Assembly: GCA_964592195.1 (NCBI GenBank)
Contig: CAZQEI010000002.1
Location: 77,240 to 141,239 of the forward strand
Length of the DNA: 64,000 bases
Source of the DNA: an uncultured Gammaproteobacteria bacterium
GTDB lineage: Bacteria > Patescibacteriota > Patescibacteriia > UBA11705
Direction: 5' to 3'
Part shown: positions 57,096-64,000 of the stretch, piece by piece
Layout of the letters: each line of letters starts with the position of its first letter
Position numbering within the stretch: the first letter of the stretch is position 1
The notes under the pieces: model-generated
The model's input: only the letters and a program-made list of their open reading frames with translations
Database searches by the model: none
What the model was told of the DNA's origin: nothing
Made by a program: the position numbers and the translations under genes

Positions 57096-57920
57096 ATGCG
57101 TAAAAGCGACGCGATAAAGCTGGTGGTTTCTGATTTGGATGGAACGATGGTGGGTGATGGGTTTCCTTTGGAAGCGAACATTGCAGAGCTGTACAGGTTG
57201 AAAAATCTGGGAATCAAAACTACCATTGCCACCGGTCGTCCCTTCCCTATCGCGATAAAAGCGTTCAACACTGATTGTCTCACTGGCCCGTTAATTCTGG
57301 ATAATGGAGCACTGATTACTGAACTGGATGGTCAACCAATTTACTACAAAGTGGTGCCGCAACAAACGATTGACTATGTTTTGTCAGTTGCCAATCATCC
57401 GCTAGTTGGGATTGTGGCGTTTGTGCCATTGGACGGGAATCATACTATTCATCAATATGTGGCTGATCGCGATGAAGCGAAAAGAATGAATGAACTTTAC
57501 CATTGGGCGGAAAGAGTCACTACTTATGATTTGAATCAATTGCGTGTTTGGTTAACGACTATGCGAACCAGTAAAGTGGTGGTGGTTTTGCCGAAGCATT
57601 TCCCTGAATTACCAACTCCCCCTGATTCAATTTGCCACTGCAATAGTTTGTTCGGAACGACGAGATGCTATGACATCATGGCTGGAGAAGTTGACAAGGG
57701 TCAAGCAGTCATGAGAATTACAAGTCTCTTGCATTTGGAATTATCTAATGTTGCAGTAATTGGAAATGATCCGAATGACCGTGGCATGTTCAAATTGCCC
57801 CAAGTCAAAAAGATTTTTGTTCGTGGTAGTGCGAATGTGGTGGATGATTTGATGAAGATGGCGGATATTGTAGTTAACCCGATGGAGTTGCCTTACTTGT
57901 TGAGACACCTAAGTCATTGA
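57096..57920 (+). CDS. HAD-superfamily hydrolase, Cof-like (subfamily IIB) phosphatase
   Basis: 274 aa; motif I VSDLDGTM, motif IV VIGNDPNDRGMF, cap domain of about 100 aa. Confidence 0.65.
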   Translation: MRKSDAIKLVVSDLDGTMVGDGFPLEANIAELYRLKNLGIKTTIATGRPFPIAIKAFNTDCLTGPLILDNGALITELDGQPIYYKVVPQQTIDYVLSVANHPLVGIVAFVPLDGNHTIHQYVADRDEAKRMNELYHWAERVTTYDLNQLRVWLTTMRTSKVVVVLPKHFPELPTPPDSICHCNSLFGTTRCYDIMAGEVDKGQAVMRITSLLHLELSNVAVIGNDPNDRGMFKLPQVKKIFVRGSANVVDDLMKMADIVVNPMELPYLLRHLSH

Positions 57921-58132
57921 TCAATCGTTGAAATGAAATTCTAAGCACTAAATCCCAAATTCTAAAGTTGGAATATTATTTAAAAAAAACGAAAGCTCAA
58001 AGAACAAAAAACCATCAAACGATGGTCTTTTTATTTATGCAAAAATTTATGATACTAGATCCACCACTGATCAATTACTATTCTTTTCTGGGTCTGGGGT
58101 GAAAGGAATGGATAGGATGGTTTTTAAACAAT

Positions 58133-58534
58133 TTAATTGATCGCTTTCATGGTGTATTGGGCAGTGATTTTTTGGAGTCGGTCGAGATGTTCGTTTTCCA
58201 AATTTTCCAAGGTGGAATAGAAAGATTCGTAGATAACAGTTTTTTGTTTAATATCAAACGGGTCAATTTTACGTAAACTTTTTTGTAATGCTTCATCAGC
58301 CTGAGCTTTGCGATCTTCGATTTCATTTTCCAATTTAACAATTTCATTATCAAAAGCAAGAACCAAATCATTGTATTGTTCACCGCGACGAGAAAGTTCG
58401 TCGGCCAACAGTTCATCAAAACGATGATAAAACTCATCAGTTTCTCCGACACTATTCAACAAACCGACTAATTCAATTTTATCCTTATCATTAAGAAAAG
58501 ATGATTGTATAAGTGTAATTAATTCGTTATTCAT
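58133..58534 (-). CDS. hypothetical coiled-coil protein
   Basis: Start moved to the MNNELIT Met at 58534, 4 nt after the upstream stop; the ORF-track start at 58627 would overlap the upstream gene by 89 nt. Confidence 0.35.
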   Translation of the reverse strand: MNNELITLIQSSFLNDKDKIELVGLLNSVGETDEFYHRFDELLADELSRRGEQYNDLVLAFDNEIVKLENEIEDRKAQADEALQKSLRKIDPFDIKQKTVIYESFYSTLENLENEHLDRLQKITAQYTMKAIN

Positions 58535-58538
58535 ATAA

Positions 58539-59441
58539 TTATCTTTTAGCTGGGTGATGAGTAATTTTACTGTTAGCTCGACGGGATTGAGCCGCATGGT
58601 ATCCACTGGCAGGAATATCATACACAACTAATTTCCCAGCCTTCCAGGCTATCAAACCTAAATATTTAGCAATTCCAGTTGCTACATTTCCAATTAACTT
58701 AAATGGTCTTAATGTATTAAACTGTTTTATTAAATCAATTGGTCCTTTCCAAAAAGTATGTGACAATAAATCCCAACCACTGGTTTTAATATTTTCAACA
58801 GCTGAACTACTCAACTTCATTCTTTCAATTCCCTTTTCATGACATTTCATCAAGTCCGTATATTGCATAATCTTTTGCATATCAGCGGCGATTTCAGGAT
58901 GAGTAGTTAAAATAGTTGGGATGTCGTCTCCATTCGCACTCATTTCTGTTTGCAAACGACCAACTATTTCTTGCATATTAGCAACATCTTGAGAGATTTC
59001 ACTAACTCGCATGTCTAATCGATGAGATTTTTTTGATGATTTATCGAAATCAGGAAACTTATCTCCCATCATGGATTGCATATCTTTTTTCACCCCTGAT
59101 CGATATTTATCATCAATGGTCGGCGGAACAAATGGCCTAAAATCATAACTTAAATGCGGATCATTCTCAAGTCCTTTGACATTATTCTTCCCCATTAATA
59201 ACACTTCTAAATCAACCCTAGTTTGTTTCCACCCCTCCGCCTTCGGACCAAAATATCGTCTAGGCAAATGACCTAAGTCTTCCATAAAAACTCTTTTACC
59301 AGCCTCATCTTCATTTATTCTTAATCTGCGAATATGTTCTTTTTGACGTTTTTCAAAAGAAGCTACTCTGGGAGTAAAAATAGACTTAGCCGCATTAGAA
59401 GCCACTTCACCTACTTTATCTAAAAATCCACCTGGAGCCAT
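58539..59441 (-). CDS. hypothetical protein
   Basis: 300 aa; no recognisable motif. Confidence 0.4.
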   Translation of the reverse strand: MAPGGFLDKVGEVASNAAKSIFTPRVASFEKRQKEHIRRLRINEDEAGKRVFMEDLGHLPRRYFGPKAEGWKQTRVDLEVLLMGKNNVKGLENDPHLSYDFRPFVPPTIDDKYRSGVKKDMQSMMGDKFPDFDKSSKKSHRLDMRVSEISQDVANMQEIVGRLQTEMSANGDDIPTILTTHPEIAADMQKIMQYTDLMKCHEKGIERMKLSSSAVENIKTSGWDLLSHTFWKGPIDLIKQFNTLRPFKLIGNVATGIAKYLGLIAWKAGKLVVYDIPASGYHAAQSRRANSKITHHPAKR

Positions 59442-59620
59442 ATTTTTGTATATTAACTATATTTATATTATAACACAATTTTAAGAATAAAGCAAGATTA
59501 GCGATTAAACTTTAGAGAGTTGGAATTATGAATTAAGAATTAAGGGATTAACAACTAAATATCACTGACGATATTATACCATATTTTGATAAAATAAAAA
59601 AATTGCGCAGAATTACGCAA

Positions 59621-59908
59621 TTATTGATAGTCAATTTTCCATTCGAAAACACCTTGGTAGGTGGCGCGCTGGATACACAGTGGGTTAATTGAAAAACCTC
59701 TTTTTACCAAAGCATTCACAATAGCTCCAGCTAAAGTGGCAGATACTCCCCTTTTATAAGCGCAAAAAACCATTCGTTCTTCTAAGGCAGTTAATTCCAA
59801 ACGAACACAACATTCATCATTTTCCAGTAACTGTCTAGTAATTTTTTCTCCAATGTCTACGGTACTTAAATTCAGTAATTTCAACGGGCGACCGTTTAGG
59901 ATGGCCAT
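59621..59908 (-). CDS. hypothetical small protein
   Basis: 95 aa. Confidence 0.35.
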   Translation of the reverse strand: MAILNGRPLKLLNLSTVDIGEKITRQLLENDECCVRLELTALEERMVFCAYKRGVSATLAGAIVNALVKRGFSINPLCIQRATYQGVFEWKIDYQ

Positions 59909-60039
59909 TCTGTTCTCCTTAGGGTTGTAGTTGAATTACTGATCTACGGATTACTACGGATACTACAGATAAGACATCAAATAAATGAACTAATACGAAT
60001 ATATTAGATTATTATAGCGAGATAAGCAAGTTCCGCAGA

Positions 60040-60062
60040 GACGGGATCCCGCCTAGCGGGAA
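60040..60062. repeat. TCCCGC-cta-GCGGGA hairpin element (copy 3, truncated)
   Basis: gacgggatcccgcctagcgggaa. Confidence 0.7.
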
Positions 60063-60114
60063 AAGCGAGATCAGCGAGATAAGTATTGAATATTATTAAA
60101 ATAAAAAATTATTA

Positions 60115-60143
60115 TCAAAAAAGTCCCCAGCGATATGGGGACA
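60115..60143 (-). terminator. rho-independent terminator (gtcccc-N8-ggggac with T-run on the minus strand)
   Basis: aaaaaagtccccagcgatatggggac; the same hairpin recurs at 61145..61172 and 63001..63025. Confidence 0.7.
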
Positions 60144-60172
60144 GTCTTTCATTTTTAATAAGTCGTATTCAA

Positions 60173-60976
60173 CTAGTTATCTTCACGTTTCTCCAAACCC
60201 TGGATCCTGCCTGTAGGTCGGAAACCACCGCGAAGATCTTCAGACGGTCCTAGATGGTAGCATTTAGGTTCATCTTCACACTCTTCGTTGAGTTCATTCC
60301 AAATCATCTTACCGCGACAGCGACACTCCGCTTTCTTGGTGTCCCAAGTAGCACCTGGGCAACGAGGTTCACACAATTCCCGAGATGTCGACCACTTGGT
60401 AGACGGATCTTTGCAACGAGATTCACACATCAATGATTTCCCGTTAAAAATCTCACTTTGCAAACACTTCGCCGGCCTCGAATAGTCAGCCTTCTTCAAG
60501 TCGATCAGTTCCTGAACAGACAAACAAAGCTTGTATTCAGAGGAAAAGACCTTTCCCTGTTCGCACTCGCAAGAATTGGTCGTCTCTACATATTGCTGCG
60601 CTGCCGGACAAATCTCGTGGCACTTATCATGTTGCCAAGTAAAACCTGCTTTACAAACAGAAACGCAAGATTTGGTTCCCGAATCCCACTTCTTACCTTC
60701 AGTAGAATGGCACAGAGGAATACAAAGATTTACATTATCCTGCATCATATCTGGCCTAAATCCCTCACGACATGTCGGCCGACATTGACCGCTGGAACCG
60801 TGATAAGAATCATTATAAGCATAGTATGTCTGACCTTCAGGACACTTTCTGAGAGATGCACGATAGTCTGAATTCATCTTATTCAGCTCATCCACCACGG
60901 ATCTATCATAGTAATAACCACCAGCGCACTGGCTCATGACCATGAGAGAGACGATCAGGACAAGGTGACGTAGCAT
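60173..60976 (-). CDS. secreted Cys-rich protein (EGF/furin-like Cys repeats), GC-rich gene
   Basis: 267 aa; signal peptide MLRHLVLIVSLMVMSQCAG; more than 30 Cys in C-x-x-G-x-x-[WY]-like repeats; AAGGAGG RBS; local GC about 50%. Confidence 0.55.
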   Translation of the reverse strand: MLRHLVLIVSLMVMSQCAGGYYYDRSVVDELNKMNSDYRASLRKCPEGQTYYAYNDSYHGSSGQCRPTCREGFRPDMMQDNVNLCIPLCHSTEGKKWDSGTKSCVSVCKAGFTWQHDKCHEICPAAQQYVETTNSCECEQGKVFSSEYKLCLSVQELIDLKKADYSRPAKCLQSEIFNGKSLMCESRCKDPSTKWSTSRELCEPRCPGATWDTKKAECRCRGKMIWNELNEECEDEPKCYHLGPSEDLRGGFRPTGRIQGLEKREDN

Positions 60977-61079
60977 GGGGACCTCCTTGGCCGTCAGGCC
61001 GTCAGTTGGGGATGTGCCGAGCCTGAGAAACGGAAAACATCACTAAAACACGTTAAATTTTCAAGTTACAAGACACATA

Positions 61080-61108
61080 ATTATAGCACATACTTATAAT
61101 AAAGTCAA
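61080..61108 (-). promoter_or_regulatory. consensus sigma-70 promoter TTGACT-17-TGTGCTATAAT
   Basis: Minus strand reads ttgact-ttattataagtatgtgc-tataat; lies within a ~100-nt cassette repeated at 62888..62990. Confidence 0.7.
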
Positions 61109-61144
61109 TCATTTTGTATAATATTTTGCTTATTTTAAATGTAA

Positions 61145-61172
61145 ACAAAAAAGTCCCCAGCGATATGGGGAC
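61145..61172 (-). terminator. rho-independent terminator (same hairpin family)
   Basis: aaaaaagtccccagcgatatggggac downstream of 61221..62285. Confidence 0.7.
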
Positions 61173-61220
61173 TCCCTTTCAAGGTAGTTAAACAATTAAG
61201 AACAGGATCAGAACGACAAG

Positions 61221-62285
61221 CTACTTCGGGACACAGGTGTCGGTAGCGTCGTCGTACTTGCCGTTCGGGCAGGGCGGTTCTTCATGAGAGCACAGCTCGT
61301 AGACCGCGATGCCCTGGTCCTCTTCGACCTGGCAGAGGAACTCGCGGATACAGCTGGTCGAAAACCGAGCAACACGACACATCGCGAGTCCACCATCTTC
61401 CGTCAGATTGAAAGAGATACTACGGTACCCCTCCCAAACCGGGAAATCCCACCTAGTGACGAAATCCGTCTGGTTGTCGTAGGTCAGCTTCAGCTTCTTC
61501 CCTCCGAGGAACGCCCACACGGTGCGACCGTTCACGACCACGAACTTGTAGGCGCTGAGGCCGTTCATGTTCGGCCAAGCCTCATAGGACGGGCTGGCCG
61601 CGTTCGCGAACGCCGTGACCGTCGGGTGGGAGGTGTCGAGCCTCCTGAGGTTCTTGATGTACCGGAAGCCCTCGACGTCCTCGTCGCAGACCTTGTAGAT
61701 CTGGACGGAGTTGTCCCACATGCGGCTGACGGCGCACAAATCGGTGTTCATCGCGCCGAACGAACCGTGGAACCGGCCCTTGAAGTTCTTCTGGTACGAG
61801 AACTTCAGGTTGTGCTCATCGATTACCTCGGGGTTGGACTCCTTGAGGGAAGGATCAACGGAGTTGTAGGACGCGGTCCAGATGACCACGTCGGACAAGC
61901 CCTTGAACACCGGCAAGTAGGCCCTGCCGCCCTCTTGTTCATCATCGTAGAACCTGGCCTTGACCCCCTTGCTGGGGAGGTAGACCCAGAGCTCTTCGCC
62001 GTTCACGAGGACGAACTGGTAGTCGGCGATGTCGAGCGACTCGGTCCAGACCTTGTAGTAGACTTCCTTCGCGATCAGGAAGTCACCGACCTTGGGGTAC
62101 TTCTGGTACCGGCAGTCGTCGAGGCCGGGCCACGAGTCGGTGTCGCCGCAGAAGCCGTCATGGTCCGGATCGGACTGGCCTTCCTGGCAGATGCCGAGCA
62201 TGCACAGACCGGCGGTGGCGACGGACGGGAACGAGAGCGCCACGAGCGCGAGCACCAGAGCCGAGAACAGGGAGCGACGCAGCAT
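61221..62285 (-). CDS. secreted protein with internal duplicated module, high-GC gene
   Basis: Start set at MLRRSLFSALVLALVALSFPSVATA (signal peptide), preceded by ggccAAGGAGGtcccc identical to the RBS context of 60173..60976; two copies of an IYKVCDEDVEGFRY / AVYELC module; GC about 60%. Confidence 0.55.
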   Translation of the reverse strand: MLRRSLFSALVLALVALSFPSVATAGLCMLGICQEGQSDPDHDGFCGDTDSWPGLDDCRYQKYPKVGDFLIAKEVYYKVWTESLDIADYQFVLVNGEELWVYLPSKGVKARFYDDEQEGGRAYLPVFKGLSDVVIWTASYNSVDPSLKESNPEVIDEHNLKFSYQKNFKGRFHGSFGAMNTDLCAVSRMWDNSVQIYKVCDEDVEGFRYIKNLRRLDTSHPTVTAFANAASPSYEAWPNMNGLSAYKFVVVNGRTVWAFLGGKKLKLTYDNQTDFVTRWDFPVWEGYRSISFNLTEDGGLAMCRVARFSTSCIREFLCQVEEDQGIAVYELCSHEEPPCPNGKYDDATDTCVPK

Positions 62286-62361
62286 GGGGACCTCCTTGGC
62301 CACAAAGGCCGTGTGTGGGGACACCAGCAACCACTAAATTGATTACTGGAATAATTCACAC

Positions 62362-62829
62362 TTAGAATTCCTGACACACAAAGCAACCTCGATCCTCATT
62401 CTTTGTTTTATACATGCGACAACCAAGACGAGGTGTATTCAATAATCGATAGCTTTCATCCGCAATCTGCTGATGCCAGGGTTTACGAAAATGTTCATTC
62501 ACGTCGTAAACATATTGTTCTTGTTCTTTCGAACTGCAAACAACAGAAAACTGCTTACCAGATATATTTCTCCATTTGGTAAAAGCCCCATTTGCATGAC
62601 TGACTCCATATTCTTCAACTGCGGCATAAAAAATATTATAATCACGATCATCCTCAAGGGTGCCCCAACAATCAGCTACCAAGTCAGCCAGGGCTTCTGA
62701 CATAACATGATCACGCTGGATATCCAGAGCATCATATTCCGATGGGGAATTACAGGCCTGATTGCTATTTTCCAGTGGAGCAGAACAACCCAGAAGAAGA
62801 ACGAACAGCACCAACCATGACAATCGCAT
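62362..62829 (-). CDS. putative lipoprotein
   Basis: Start at MRLSWLVLFVLLLGCSAP (lipobox LLGC) with AAGGAGG RBS; 155 aa; directly upstream of 61221..62285. Confidence 0.45.
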   Translation of the reverse strand: MRLSWLVLFVLLLGCSAPLENSNQACNSPSEYDALDIQRDHVMSEALADLVADCWGTLEDDRDYNIFYAAVEEYGVSHANGAFTKWRNISGKQFSVVCSSKEQEQYVYDVNEHFRKPWHQQIADESYRLLNTPRLGCRMYKTKNEDRGCFVCQEF

Positions 62830-62931
62830 GTTGACCTCCTTAGCCTGATGGCTAGAGTTGAGTAGGTTTAGGATCCTAGAGAACAAAAATGTCACTAAAA
62901 CACGTTAAATTTTCAAGTTACAAGACACATA

Positions 62932-62960
62932 ATTATAGCACATACTTATAATAAAGTCAA
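62932..62960 (-). promoter_or_regulatory. consensus sigma-70 promoter TTGACT-17-TGTGCTATAAT (second copy)
   Basis: Identical to the promoter at 61080..61108. Confidence 0.7.
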
Positions 62961-63000
62961 TCACTCCGTACTAAATTTTGCTTATTTTAAACAATAATTT

Positions 63001-63025
63001 AAAAAGTCCCCAGAGATACGGGGAC
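63001..63025 (-). terminator. rho-independent terminator (gtcccca-gagatac-ggggac)
   Basis: Third copy of the hairpin terminator, downstream of 63074..63681. Confidence 0.65.
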
Positions 63026-63073
63026 TTCCTTTCAATGTAGTTTATCAATTACGAACAGGAGAGGGACGGCGAG

Positions 63074-63681
63074 CTACTTCGTCTCGGGGGGAGGAAGCGG
63101 CTCGTCGTAGCACTCGACCGGCAGGGACGCGTAGTACTCGAAGACCTTGAGATCCTCCTGGCAGACCTCGTAGATCTCGACACCTTCGCGACTGGCGACC
63201 GAACACATCTGGAGGTTGGTCTGCCCGATCTCCGATCGACCGCAGTTGTGGGTCTTGCGGTAGGTCATGAGGACCTTGCCAGGCTCGGGGTTGAACTCGA
63301 TGGTATTGACCCCGACGAAGACCGGGAGCACGAAGATCGTCTCGTCTGCCCGCCTCTGGTCGACCGGGATCACGAACGACATGAGGCCCACGTTGAACCA
63401 CATGCGCTCGCCGCCGTCGGTGACGACGAGGTTGAGCTCGCCGAGTCGCCGGTTGATCTCGTCGTTGCCCTTGGGCCACTCGCCCTTGGCGGAGATCTGG
63501 AACAGGCACACGATGTCACCGGCCTCACAAGCCGGGGGGAGAGAGATCTCTCCTTTCGGCCCGATGATGGCCAGCCCCCCACACTTGGCGGCGGGGGTGA
63601 AGGCCACCCACACCGTCACGAACAGTGCCGCGAGCATCGCACCCAGGGTCAGAGCCTTTTCCTTGCGCGAATAGATCTTCA
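63074..63681 (-). CDS. secreted or membrane-anchored protein, paralog of the C-terminal module of 61221..62285, high-GC gene
   Basis: Start at MKIYSRKEK with cgAAGGAGGattgg RBS; N-terminal TM/signal LTLGAMLAALFVTVWVAF; C-terminal IYEVCQEDLKVFEY matches IYKVCDEDVEGFRY; GC about 60%. Confidence 0.5.
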
Positions 63682-63834
63682 TCCAATCCTCCTTCGTCCA
63701 GCGACCAAACGCCAGACATTGCGCACCATCTCGAACCAGAACCAGCACTGCCTGAGAACCAGAGCGCGATGCGATCCCAGCCGAAGCCGGGAGTTATGGA
63801 TTTATTGACGTAAAAGATCAATTACTAACCGTTC

Positions 63835-63863
63835 ATTATAGCATGTTTTATAATAAATGTCAA
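63835..63863 (-). promoter_or_regulatory. sigma-70 promoter TTGACA-17-TGCTATAAT (third copy, diverged cassette)
   Basis: Minus strand reads ttgaca-tttattataaaacatgc-tataat. Confidence 0.6.
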
Positions 63864-63920
63864 TGGGTAAAAATGGCAAAATGGCTTATTTTAGATAAAA
63901 ACAAAATATTATACTCACTC

Positions 63921-63958
63921 AGAGATTGCCGCGCCCCGATGCGGGGCTCGCAAAATAG
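63921..63958 (+). repeat. GAGATTGCCGCG-hairpin-CTCGCAAAA element, copy G
   Basis: agagattgccgcg-ccccgatgcgggg-ctcgcaaaatagg; stem switched to ccccg/cgggg. Confidence 0.85.
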
Positions 63959-64000
63959 GTAGCATTTTTCAGCCGACTGCCAACCTTCGCTGAAGCTTCG

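Noticed and set aside
58535-58627. Upstream extension of 58133..58534 overlapping 58539..59441 by 89 nt
   Set aside because: The internal Met at 58534 gives a 4-nt intergenic spacing typical of operons. The extension would be in a different frame over a real coding region.
61284-62342. 352-aa + strand ORF antisense to the secreted-protein gene 61221..62285
   Set aside because: Lies in a 60% GC stretch where long antisense ORFs arise by chance. Its translation is Arg/Asp-rich low-complexity. The minus-strand ORF has a signal peptide, an AAGGAGG RBS, internal paralogy, and matching promoter and terminator.
63045-63821. Cluster of overlapping ORFs (63045..63509-, 63248..63808+, 63267..63674+, 63370..63582-, 63525..63821-) around gene 63074..63681
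   Set aside because: High-GC artefacts. Only the 63074..63681 minus-strand frame has an RBS, a signal/TM segment and homology to 61221..62285.
38298-63958. Possibility that the GAGATTGCCACG-hairpin elements are a CRISPR array
   Set aside because: Copies are kilobases apart, separated by genes rather than short uniform spacers. They have conserved flanks with a variable centre (the opposite of CRISPR repeats). No cas genes are present.

Overview
This 64-kb window is a low-GC (about 35%) bacterial chromosome segment, most likely from a Candidate Phyla Radiation / Patescibacteria-type genome. Supporting signs are the absence of rpmD between rpsE and rplO, several ribosomal proteins with terminal extensions, a tRNA-Ile with a UAU anticodon, and weak Shine-Dalgarno usage. 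Core content: a complete str/S10/spc ribosomal superoperon on the minus strand (rpsL-rpsG-fusA-tuf-rpsJ-rplC...rplO-secY-adk-map, 19.4-37.0 kb), argS, valS, uvrB, recO, ruvX, a DHH phosphoesterase, rpmB and four tRNAs (Leu-GAG, Ile-UAU, Val-GAC, Val-CAC). The second half (37-64 kb) is accessory: many hypothetical genes, tandem paralogs, and at least eight families of short dispersed repeats or hairpin elements. The most unusual items are: (i) a valS carrying a ~185-aa histidine-phosphatase-like (RHGE...SPLxR...SHG) domain inserted next to its zinc knuckle; (ii) a translationally coupled operon of a NOX/ferric-reductase-like flavocytochrome, two paralogous ~620-aa HExxH proteins and a secreted cytochrome-b5-like heme protein; (iii) a 60-64 kb island of 55-65% GC genes encoding secreted Cys-rich proteins, each driven by a copy of the same AT-rich cassette with a perfect TTGACx-17-TGnTATAAT promoter, an AAGGAGG RBS and a shared hairpin terminator; (iv) tRNA genes flanked by degenerate tRNA copies interrupted by small GC-rich hairpin insertions; (v) a seven-copy element GAGATTGCCACG-variable hairpin-CTCGCAAAAGAG with compensatory stem changes. 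No CRISPR array, rRNA, transposase or integrase gene was recognised. All calls come from reading the sequence and ORF translations by eye; no searches were run.
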